NCBI GenBank assembly: GCA_934646115.1
Contig: CAKUEM010000003.1
Span: forward strand, 80-64,079
Reading direction: 5' to 3'
From: an uncultured Oscillospiraceae bacterium
Lineage (GTDB): Bacteria > Bacillota > Clostridia > Oscillospirales > JAAYXM01
DNA length: 64,000 nucleotides
The translations under genes and the position numbers were made by a program. Shown here piece by piece: positions 26,678 through 34,213 of this stretch (the first letter of the stretch is position 1; each line of letters starts with the position of its first letter). The notes beneath the pieces were generated by a model that had not been told where the DNA came from, made no database searches, and saw only the letters and a list, made by a program, of their open reading frames with translations.

Positions 26678-28039
26678 ATGAGAACAGCACAGGATTTTAC
26701 GAAGGGAAAAATTTTATCGCCGCTTATCGGCTTTGCATTGCCGATTTTGTTTGCGGTTTTCCTGCAGACGATGTATGGCGCGGTCGATCTGCTGATCGTG
26801 GGGCAATTCTCCACGGTCGCAGAGGTTTCGGCGGTTTCGACCGGGAGCTGGATCATGACGCTTGTCACCTCGGCGATCACCGGGCTTGCAATGGGCACCA
26901 CGATCCTGCTCGGGCGCAAGATCGGCGAGGGGCGCGCGGAAGAGGGAGGACGCGTGATCGGCGCGTCGATCGTTCTGTTTGCCGTGGTGGGCGCGGTGAT
27001 CACGGTGCTGGCGCTTGTGTTTGCGCCGCAGCTCGCGCTGGCCATGCATGCGCCGAAGGAGGCGTTTTCCGCCACGGTTGCTTATATCCGAATTTGCGCG
27101 GCGGGAACGGTGTTTATCATCGGCTATAACGTGCTGGGCAGCATTTTCCGCGGCATGGGCAACGCCCGCCTGCCGCTGATTTCGGTTGCGATCGCGTGTG
27201 TGTTCAACATTGTGGGCGATCTGCTCCTGGTCGCCGTTATTCCGCTGGGCGCGGCGGGCGCGGCGATCGCAACGGTTGCGGCGCAGGCGGCGAGCGTTTT
27301 GATCTCAATGCTCATTATTCGGCGGCAGCGGCTGCCCTTTGTATTCAACCGGCGCGCGCTGCGCGCAGACGGCGTGTTCATCCGCGAAACGGTGCGGCTG
27401 GGGCTGCCGATTGCACTGCAGGATGTTTTGGTCGGGATCTCGTTTCTTGTTATCACGGCGATCGCCAATTCGATCGGGCTGATCGAATCGGCTGGCGTGG
27501 GGATCGCGGAAAAGGTTTGCGGGTTTGTGCTGCTTGTTCCGTCTGCCTACATGCAGGCGATGAGCGCGTTTGTCGCGCAGAATATGGGCGCGGCGCGGCT
27601 GGACCGGGCGAAGCGCGCGCTTTTTTATGCGATCGGAACATCGCTTGCGGTCGGGCTGTTTTTGTCTTATTTCACGTTTTTCCACGGTGATCTGCTCGCC
27701 GGGATCTTTGCGCATGAAGCGGCGGTTTTGGCGGCTGCGGCGGAATATTTAAAGGCGTATGCGATCGATTGCCTGCTTGTTTCGTTCCTGTTCTGCTTCA
27801 TCGGCTATTTTAATGGGCGTGGAAATACCACATTTGTGATGGCGCAGGGGATCATCGGCGCGTTTTGCGTTCGCATCCCGGTTTCGTTTGCAATGAGCCG
27901 GGCGACGCCGGTCTCTCTGTTTCATTTAGGGCTTGCGACCCCGTGCTCCACAGTGGTGCAGATTCTGCTGTGTCTGGCGTTCTTTGCGCGGATGGAGAGG
28001 AAGGACCGCACCGCGCTGCAAACGCAGCGGAAATCATAA
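26678..28039 (+). CDS. MATE family efflux transporter
   Basis: 12 TM helices. N-terminus FTKGKILSPLIGFALPILFAVFLQTMYGAVDLLIVGQ is typical of MATE (NorM/DinF-like) proteins. Confidence 0.9.
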   Translation: MRTAQDFTKGKILSPLIGFALPILFAVFLQTMYGAVDLLIVGQFSTVAEVSAVSTGSWIMTLVTSAITGLAMGTTILLGRKIGEGRAEEGGRVIGASIVLFAVVGAVITVLALVFAPQLALAMHAPKEAFSATVAYIRICAAGTVFIIGYNVLGSIFRGMGNARLPLISVAIACVFNIVGDLLLVAVIPLGAAGAAIATVAAQAASVLISMLIIRRQRLPFVFNRRALRADGVFIRETVRLGLPIALQDVLVGISFLVITAIANSIGLIESAGVGIAEKVCGFVLLVPSAYMQAMSAFVAQNMGAARLDRAKRALFYAIGTSLAVGLFLSYFTFFHGDLLAGIFAHEAAVLAAAAEYLKAYAIDCLLVSFLFCFIGYFNGRGNTTFVMAQGIIGAFCVRIPVSFAMSRATPVSLFHLGLATPCSTVVQILLCLAFFARMERKDRTALQTQRKS

Positions 28040-28116
28040 AAAAGGGCATATTGCAGACCGTCCTGCACGTGCGGGCAGTAGGAAAACAGGGGTCTGAGCA
28101 GGCGTGTTTAGCTTCA

Positions 28117-28159
28117 ACCGGAGCGGCGCAGCGTTAGCGATGCCGCTCCGGTTTTTTTT
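28117..28159 (+). terminator. Rho-independent terminator of the MATE gene
   Basis: ACCGGAGCGGC (28117-28127) pairs with GCCGCTCCGGT (28142-28152), followed by T8. Confidence 0.85.
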
Positions 28160-28224
28160 ATCCGGATGCGCTTGCGCTTATAGGAGTAAATATATCTGTT
28201 AATTAAGTCGTTTGCCTCTTTCAT

Positions 28225-28285
28225 TGAACAGCACCCCATCTATTAGACAAGTATGAATAATGTCTAATAGATGGGGTGCTGTTCA
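28225..28285. repeat. Perfect 25-bp inverted repeat with an 11-nt spacer
   Basis: TGAACAGCACCCCATCTATTAGACA (28225-28249), AGTATGAATAA, then TGTCTAATAGATGGGGTGCTGTTCA (28261-28285). Zero mismatches. Confidence 0.95.
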
Positions 28286-28295
28286 AATTTATTTC

Positions 28296-28318
28296 CCTAC
28301 ATAGGGGGCGTTTTGTCT
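28296..28318. repeat. Direct repeat copy 1 (CATAGGGGG-containing 23-mer)
   Basis: CCTACATAGGGGGCGTTTTGTCT matches 28794-28816 at 20 of 23 positions. Confidence 0.85.
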
Positions 28319-28382
28319 ATTGTCCGTTTTTACTGGTTCGGTTCAAAAACAGGGACGCTCTCATCAACGATTGCTTCTGTGG

Positions 28383-28428
28383 GGCTCCGCGGTCTCCCGT
28401 ATCGCGTTTTAACCGAGGAGCCTTTTTT
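28383..28428 (+). terminator. Plus-strand intrinsic terminator convergent with the small minus-strand ORF
   Basis: GGCTCCGCGG (28383-28392) pairs with CCGAGGAGCC (28413-28422) with one mismatch, followed by T6 (28423-28428). No plus-strand CDS precedes it. Confidence 0.6.
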
Positions 28429-28440
28429 ACCCTCTGAAAA

Positions 28441-28821
28441 TCAGGCTCGAATATGGGCTTTCTGGAGTGCTTTAATCTCAGGCTCATAGACTTCGATAAG
28501 CTCGTCGCCGTTCTGAATCAGGATAGAATCCTCTTGACGTTCATCTTCGCCGGCGTCTTCCGCGTCCAAGCAATCAATCCACTTACCACGCACGGTCTTA
28601 CCAGTATACTCGCTTCTGCAAATGCCGATAGTCTCGGTATGAGCGAATCGTTCTTTGTGATTCAAGTCTCCGGCGTTTGTCTTAAAGAACTGACCTTTGC
28701 CGGGATGCCGGTCATAGAGCGGGAGCGGATACCGCTTCCGGGTGCTCTCCTGTGCATTTTTGCCCATAACAATACCCCCTATGTAGTTATCATCCTGCAT
28801 AGGGGGCTGTTTGTCTGTCAT
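28441..28821 (-). CDS. Hypothetical small protein (108 or 126 aa), no family recognised
   Basis: Only ORF in a low-GC spacer. Hydrophilic with an acidic patch (DAEDAGEDERQED). A second in-frame ATG at 28767 has a GGGGG Shine-Dalgarno 7 nt upstream; the first ATG at 28821 has none. Confidence 0.45.
   Translation of the reverse strand: MTDKQPPMQDDNYIGGIVMGKNAQESTRKRYPLPLYDRHPGKGQFFKTNAGDLNHKERFAHTETIGICRSEYTGKTVRGKWIDCLDAEDAGEDERQEDSILIQNGDELIEVYEPEIKALQKAHIRA
28775..28806 (-). promoter_or_regulatory. Leader hairpin sequestering the Shine-Dalgarno of the small ORF
   Basis: On the minus strand, CCCCCTATG, a 14-nt loop, then CATAGGGGG. The 3' arm supplies the GGGGG SD for the ATG at 28767. Confidence 0.55.
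28794..28816. repeat. Direct repeat copy 2
   Basis: CCTGCATAGGGGGCTGTTTGTCT, 498 bp from copy 1. Confidence 0.85.
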
Positions 28822-28852
28822 CCTGTTGGTTTACAAATCTCCACAGTTCATT

Positions 28853-28864
28853 TTTGATATCAAA
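28853..28864. promoter_or_regulatory. 12-bp perfect palindrome TTTGATATCAAA
   Basis: Self-complementary. It lies immediately after the stop of the wecA-like gene and upstream of the small ORF. Operator-like, function unknown. Confidence 0.3.
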
Positions 28865-30007
28865 TCATTCTTTGGGCGCATTGTCCGTGTTTTCAGGCGC
28901 GTCGTCTGTCTCCTCCGGCGCAGGGGATGCGCTCTCTGCCGGGGAATCCTGCTGCTTATTGCTGGTGGACAGATCCATAAACACCTTTGCGCCGATCACG
29001 ATCGCGAGGATCACGGCGAGTACGAAAAACAACGCCTTGATCTCACCACTTGAGGTAAGCACCACGGCGGAGAGACCGAGCAGCCCGCTCATTAAATACA
29101 GGATCGTAACAGATTGCTTCTGATTAAAGCCCATGTCGATCAGCCGGTGATGCACATGCCCGCGGTCGGCGCTCATGGGGTTTTGCCCATGCAGCACGCG
29201 CCGCCCGATGGCAAACATCGTGTCAAAAATCGGAAGCCCCAAAATCAAGAACGGCACGGCGAATGAGACGACCGCATAAAATTTAAATAGCCCCTGGATC
29301 GACACGGTGGCAAGAATGAAGCCCAGAAATGTTGACCCGGTATCGCCCATGAAAATTTTCGCCGGGTTGAGGTTGTAGGGCATAAAGCCGATGCAAGCGC
29401 CGGCAAGCGCCGCCATGAGCAGCGCGATCGTATGCTCCGGCACAATGATCGCGATCACGAGCAGCGAAAACGACGCGATCGACGACACGCCGACCGCAAG
29501 CCCATCCAGCCCGTCGATCAAGTTGACCGCGTTTGTGATCGCAACGATCCAGAGCACGGTGAGCGGAATGGACCAGATGCCCAGGTCGATATACGGGTTT
29601 TCGCTGAAAATATTCGGGTTGGAGAACCGGGTGATGCGTATCCCATGATACACCACGATCAGCGCGGCGAGGATCTGCACCGCGAATTTTAAAAGCGCGG
29701 GCAGCGGCACGATATCGTCCACAATGCCGAGAATCACGATCACGACCGCGCCGAGCAGAATGCCCTGCAGCTGCGGCGTCATATCGACAAACAGCAGCAC
29801 GGAGAACAAAAAGCCCAGGAAGATCGCAAGACCGCCCATGCGCGGGATCGGAACTTTATGCATCCGGCGCGAATCCTTCGGCACATCGATTGCGCCGACC
29901 TTATGCGCTAAAATTTTAACAAGCGGCGTTGCCGCAAAGGCGATTGCCGCGGCGCAGACAAACGCCGCCAGCGCCCTTAAAACAAATTTTACTTCAATCG
30001 TCTGCAT
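28865..30007 (-). CDS. MraY/WecA-family UDP-HexNAc:undecaprenyl-phosphate HexNAc-1-phosphate transferase (GT4 polyprenyl-phosphate family)
   Basis: About 10 TM helices. Motifs VNLIDGLDGLAVG, MGDTGSTFLGF and HVHHRLI. AGGAGG RBS. Low-complexity acidic C-terminal tail. Confidence 0.85.
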   Translation of the reverse strand: MQTIEVKFVLRALAAFVCAAAIAFAATPLVKILAHKVGAIDVPKDSRRMHKVPIPRMGGLAIFLGFLFSVLLFVDMTPQLQGILLGAVVIVILGIVDDIVPLPALLKFAVQILAALIVVYHGIRITRFSNPNIFSENPYIDLGIWSIPLTVLWIVAITNAVNLIDGLDGLAVGVSSIASFSLLVIAIIVPEHTIALLMAALAGACIGFMPYNLNPAKIFMGDTGSTFLGFILATVSIQGLFKFYAVVSFAVPFLILGLPIFDTMFAIGRRVLHGQNPMSADRGHVHHRLIDMGFNQKQSVTILYLMSGLLGLSAVVLTSSGEIKALFFVLAVILAIVIGAKVFMDLSTSNKQQDSPAESASPAPEETDDAPENTDNAPKE

Positions 30008-30032
30008 GGTACAAACCTCCTTTAAAGGACGG

Positions 30033-31037
30033 CTATTTTTTCACAAAACCGACTTTTTTGCGCACTTTTTCCATCGTGCGTTCCGCAAGCGCGGCGGCAC
30101 GAAGCGCGTTTTCTTTATACACGGATTCCAGATAATCCGGCTGCTTTAAAAGCTCTGCCGTTTTCTCGCGGATCGGGCGCAGCAGCTCCACGACAGACTC
30201 GCCCACCGCGGTTTTAAAGTCGCCATAGCCGCGCCCGGCGAATTCGTTTGTGATCTCGTCCATGCTTTTCCCGGTCGCGATCGAATAAATCGTCATCAGG
30301 TTGTTGATGCCCGCCTTGCCCTCGCGATATTCCACGACCGCCTCGCTATCTGTCACGGCGCGTTTGAATTTCTTCATAATATCCTCCGGACGATCGAGGA
30401 TCAAGACGCGCGCGTTGGCATTTTCGTCTGACTTCGACATTTTTTTCTCCGGCTCGGCAAGGCTCATGATCCGCCCGCCAACCTTGGGGAAATACCCCTC
30501 CGGCACGGTAAATGTTTTGCCATGCACGCCGTTAAAACGCTCCGCCACATTGCGCGCAAGCTCCAGATGCTGCTTCTGATCGTCGCCAATCGGGACGAGG
30601 TCGGTTTGATACAGCAGGATATCCGCCGCCATCAGCACCGGATAGTCAAACAGCCCGGCGTTCACATTATCCGCATGGCGCGCCGCCTTATCCTTAAACT
30701 GCGTCATGCGCGAAAGCTCGCCGAACATGGTGTAGCAGTTTAAGATCCACGAAAGCTCCGCGTGCTGCGGGACGTGGCTTTGAATATACATAATGTTTTC
30801 CTTCGGGTCAAGCCCGCAGGCGATATAAAGCGCGAGCAGCGCAAGCGTTTGCTCGCGAAGCTTTTTCGGGTCCTGCCGGACGGTGATCGCATGCATATCG
30901 ACCACGCAGTAGAGGCAGTGATAGTCATGCTGCATCGCAACGAAGTTGCGCAGCGCGCCGATATAGTTGCCGAGCGAAATATTGCCGGACGGCTGCACGC
31001 CGGAAAATACAATTTTTTTGCGTTCGTTCTGTTCCAT
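30033..31037 (-). CDS. trpS: Tryptophan--tRNA ligase
   Basis: FSGVQPSGNISLGNYIGAL (HIGH-region equivalent) and the KMSKS motif. Length ~334 aa. Confidence 0.95.
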   Translation of the reverse strand: MEQNERKKIVFSGVQPSGNISLGNYIGALRNFVAMQHDYHCLYCVVDMHAITVRQDPKKLREQTLALLALYIACGLDPKENIMYIQSHVPQHAELSWILNCYTMFGELSRMTQFKDKAARHADNVNAGLFDYPVLMAADILLYQTDLVPIGDDQKQHLELARNVAERFNGVHGKTFTVPEGYFPKVGGRIMSLAEPEKKMSKSDENANARVLILDRPEDIMKKFKRAVTDSEAVVEYREGKAGINNLMTIYSIATGKSMDEITNEFAGRGYGDFKTAVGESVVELLRPIREKTAELLKQPDYLESVYKENALRAAALAERTMEKVRKKVGFVKK

Positions 31038-31057
31038 AAATAGCACCCGTTCTCCTC

Positions 31058-32248
31058 TTATTTCACATAGTCGGCCAGCGCCTGCGCCATCAGTTCGATA
31101 CCGCGGCGAATCGTATCATTATCTGCAAGCGAGAAATTCAACCGGAATGTCGGCACGATCTCCTTCTCGTTGACCGAGAACGAGGCGCCCGGCACAGCGG
31201 CAACTTTATATTGCCCCGCGCGGCGGCAGAACTCCATCCCGTCATACCCCTCAGGCAGGGCGCACCACAAAAACAGCCCGCCCTCCGGACGCTGGAAGCG
31301 CGCGCGCCCGGCAAAGCTCTGCTCCATCGCGTCTGCCATCACGGTCATGCGCTCGAAATACAGCTTGCGGATCGAGGCGATGTGCGCATCGATATCGCAC
31401 TGCGAAAGATACTCGGCGCAGAGCATCTGGAAAAACAGGTTGGTATGTACGTCCGACACCTGCTTGCACACGGTCATTTTTGCGATGATATCCTGATGCG
31501 CGCAGACAAAACCAATGCGCATGCCCGGCGAAAGCACCTTGGAGAATGAGCCGGAGAAGATCACACGGCCGGTTTCATCCATGCTCTTGATCGTTTGAAT
31601 ATCCTCGCCGGTATAGCGCAGCTCAAAATAGGGGCTGTCCTCCAAAATCATCACGTTATACTGCTCGGCAAGCGCAAGCAGGCGCTTTCTGCGCGCGAGC
31701 GTCATGGTGCAGCCCGATGGGTTCTGAAACGTCGGGATCGTGTAGATCAACTTGACGTTCGGCTGCGTTTTCAGCATGGTCTCCAGCACGTCGACGTCCA
31801 TCCCGTGCTCATCCATCGGAATGCCGACCAGATTTGCCTTGTATGAGCGGAACGCATTGAGCGCGCCGACAAAGCTCGGCGCTTCGCACAGCACGGTATC
31901 GCCCTCATTGACCAGGATCTTCGCCGCGATTTCGATGACCTGCTGCCCGCCGCTTGTAATGATCAGATCGTCTGAGCTTTTGCCAACGCCGTATTTTTCC
32001 TTCATGCGCTTCGCGGTCAGCTCGCGCAGCGGACCGTAGCCCTCGCTCACGCCGTATTGCAGCGCGGTTGCGGAATGATTTTTGAAAAGATCCGCCGCGA
32101 TGCGCGCCATATCGTTCACCGGGAAGCTTTCCGGCGAGGGATTGCCCGCGGCAAAGGAGATGACCGACGGATCCTGCGTGACCTTCAGGATCTCGCGGAT
32201 CGCCGAGGGCTGAAGCGATGAAATTCTATCAGCAAATTTGATGTTCAC
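31058..32248 (-). CDS. PLP-dependent aminotransferase (class I/II, LysN/aromatic-like)
   Basis: ADRISSLQPSAIREIL N-terminus and the PLP-lysine motif SGSFSKVLSPGMRIG. GTG start at 32248 preceded by GGAGG; the longer ORF-track start is rejected. Confidence 0.85.
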   Translation of the reverse strand: MNIKFADRISSLQPSAIREILKVTQDPSVISFAAGNPSPESFPVNDMARIAADLFKNHSATALQYGVSEGYGPLRELTAKRMKEKYGVGKSSDDLIITSGGQQVIEIAAKILVNEGDTVLCEAPSFVGALNAFRSYKANLVGIPMDEHGMDVDVLETMLKTQPNVKLIYTIPTFQNPSGCTMTLARRKRLLALAEQYNVMILEDSPYFELRYTGEDIQTIKSMDETGRVIFSGSFSKVLSPGMRIGFVCAHQDIIAKMTVCKQVSDVHTNLFFQMLCAEYLSQCDIDAHIASIRKLYFERMTVMADAMEQSFAGRARFQRPEGGLFLWCALPEGYDGMEFCRRAGQYKVAAVPGASFSVNEKEIVPTFRLNFSLADNDTIRRGIELMAQALADYVK

Positions 32249-32342
32249 GATGTATGCCTCCAATTTAATAAGTAAGAACTTGGAAAACGAGCGCTCGCTT
32301 CGCTCAAAACAGAGAGCTGGAAGTGCGCAAGGCTTTGGAGTT

Positions 32343-32371
32343 ATTTTATCACAAACATGCATGTTAGGCAA
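32343..32371 (-). promoter_or_regulatory. Promoter candidate of the aminotransferase-trpS-wecA-like operon
   Basis: On the minus strand, TTGCCT, 17 nt, TAAAAT. Confidence 0.4.
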
Positions 32372-32387
32372 GTATTTGCAATTTTAC

Positions 32388-32417
32388 TTGCCACTTTTCT
32401 GCGAAATGGGGTATAAT
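32388..32417 (+). promoter_or_regulatory. Promoter candidate of the 552-aa membrane protein gene
   Basis: TTGCCA (32388-32393), 18 nt, TATAAT (32412-32417). Confidence 0.5.
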
Positions 32418-32492
32418 AAATATACAGCAAATAGAGAAATAAGCTGCTTTGTTCCGCGCTGTAGTGGGGAAACAAGAAAAAGGAGAAGAAAT

Positions 32493-34151
32493 ATGGCAAA
32501 AATATTTGATTATTCCAACGCGCAGGAGCCGGGTAGATTCCGCATTCAAACGCGGTTTTTGCGCGTGCTGATCAATTTATTTGTTACGCTCATCGCCGGG
32601 TTTCTTTATTTTTATCTTGAGCTTCCGGCGCTCAATTTGCAATCGCAGGAGTTTTATACCTTCGCGGGGCTTTTGTGCGTGGTGTATATCCTCTCATCGC
32701 TTGTGACCTCCGGGTTTCGCGTGCAGGGCGGCATCCGCGAATATGGGCGATTTGTTAAGGCGCAGTGTAAGCTTCCGGCAATTCTGCTCGCCGCGCTGAT
32801 CGCGGTGACTCTGCTTGGCGGCGTGTCCTCGTGGGTCGTGATCCGCGCAAATTCTTATAAAAATTTATTGGAAGTGGAAACGGGCGATTTTTCCGCCGAG
32901 GTGGCGGAGATCTCGTTTGATAAAATTCCGATGCTCGATGAGCAGTCCGCCGAGCGCCTGGGCGACCGGAAGCTGGGCGAGCTGTCTGACATGGTCAGTC
33001 AGTTTGAGGTTGCGGGCAACTATACGCAGATCAATTATAAGGGGCGCCCGGTGCGCGTGACGCCGCTGGAATATGGCGACGTGATCAAATGGTTCAACAA
33101 TCGCGGAAACGGCATTCCCGCCTATCTGATCATCGATATGGTCACGCAGAACGTGGAGGTCGTGCGGCTGAAAGAGGGCATAAAATACTCAAATTTTGAG
33201 CATTTTGGGCGCAGGCTGGACCGGCATCTGCGGTTTCATTACCCGACGTATATGTTCTCTACCCCGAATTTTGAAATTGACGACGATGGCAATCCATATT
33301 GGGTCTGCCCGCGCGTGATCAAGCGCGTGGGGCTGTTCGGCGGCACGGATATTTCCGGCGCGGTGCTGGTGAATGCGATCACCGGCGAATCGCAATTTTA
33401 TGAGGAGATCCCGAGCTGGGTGGATCGCGTATACAATGCAACGTTGATCATGGAGCAATATGACTATCACGGCGTGTATTGCAACGGATTTTTCAACTCG
33501 ATCTTCGGGCAGAAGGACGTTACGCAAACGACCTCGGGTTATAACTATATTGCGATGAATGACGATGTGTATGTCTATACCGGCGTGACCTCGGCGGGCG
33601 GCGATCAGTCGAACGTGGGCTTTATTCTCTCAAACCAGCGCACGAAGGAAACGCGGTTTTACAGCGCCGCCGGCGCAACGGAATATTCCGCCATGTCCTC
33701 TGCGGAGGGCGTTGTGCAGCATTTGAATTATAAATCAACGTTCCCGCTGCTTTTAAATATTTCCGCAAAGCCGACGTATTTTATGGCGCTCAAGGACAAT
33801 GCGCAGCTTGTCAAGATGTACGCGATGGTCAATGTGGAGCAGTATCAGATCGTTGCGACCGGGAAAACGGTTGCCGAATGCGAGCAGAATTATATCAAGC
33901 TGCTTGCGGAAAATCGAATTACAGAGGAAGAGACGTTTGAGACCGAGGTGACGGGCAAAATTGTTGAGATCCGCAGCGCCGTGCGCGACGGGAACACGTT
34001 TTATTACCTGCGCCTTGAGAACGACCCGGCGTATTACGCGGTTTCGGCGGGCGAGCAGGAGGCGGCGGTGATTTTAAATCCGGGCGATACGGTGCGTCTG
34101 CGCGTTGCTGCGGGCGGCGATACGATCAAGCGCGTGCTTGCGTTGGAGTGA
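32493..34151 (+). CDS. Conserved-looking membrane protein of unknown function (3-4 N-terminal TM helices, ~400-aa external domain)
   Basis: AAAGGAGAAG RBS before the ATG at 32493. TM helices in residues ~30-150. No catalytic motif recognised. Confidence 0.6.
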   Translation: MAKIFDYSNAQEPGRFRIQTRFLRVLINLFVTLIAGFLYFYLELPALNLQSQEFYTFAGLLCVVYILSSLVTSGFRVQGGIREYGRFVKAQCKLPAILLAALIAVTLLGGVSSWVVIRANSYKNLLEVETGDFSAEVAEISFDKIPMLDEQSAERLGDRKLGELSDMVSQFEVAGNYTQINYKGRPVRVTPLEYGDVIKWFNNRGNGIPAYLIIDMVTQNVEVVRLKEGIKYSNFEHFGRRLDRHLRFHYPTYMFSTPNFEIDDDGNPYWVCPRVIKRVGLFGGTDISGAVLVNAITGESQFYEEIPSWVDRVYNATLIMEQYDYHGVYCNGFFNSIFGQKDVTQTTSGYNYIAMNDDVYVYTGVTSAGGDQSNVGFILSNQRTKETRFYSAAGATEYSAMSSAEGVVQHLNYKSTFPLLLNISAKPTYFMALKDNAQLVKMYAMVNVEQYQIVATGKTVAECEQNYIKLLAENRITEEETFETEVTGKIVEIRSAVRDGNTFYYLRLENDPAYYAVSAGEQEAAVILNPGDTVRLRVAAGGDTIKRVLALE

Positions 34152-34213
34152 TCTCGCGCGGGGAAAGCGCGGTCGCGGGTTTTTAATGAAAGAAAGCAGA
34201 GGGAGGCGATTTT

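Noticed and set aside
28336-28352. GGTTCGGTTCAAA, which resembles a tRNA T-arm, considered as a tRNA or tmRNA fragment or an integration target.
   Set aside because: I could not build an acceptor stem, an anticodon arm or a CCA-proximal structure around it. The resemblance is limited to about 8 nt.
28296-28816. The repeats in the 28.2-28.9 kb spacer, considered as a CRISPR array.
   Set aside because: There are only two direct copies, 498 bp apart, plus one inverted core. They do not have regular spacer-length periodicity, and there are no cas genes in the window.
28453-28857. A 134-aa plus-strand ORF (and a 72-aa one at 28271-28489) antisense to the small orphan ORF.
   Set aside because: They have no RBS. 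The first runs through the leader hairpin and ends close to the stop codon of the convergent wecA-like gene. The minus-strand ORF has the better start context (SD at the correct spacing).
31038-31057. A T-box leader was expected upstream of trpS.
   Set aside because: Only ~20 nt separate trpS from the upstream aminotransferase gene. The ~90-nt leader upstream of that gene (32249-32340) is too short for a T-box, and I could not find a T-box motif in it. trpS appears simply co-transcribed.
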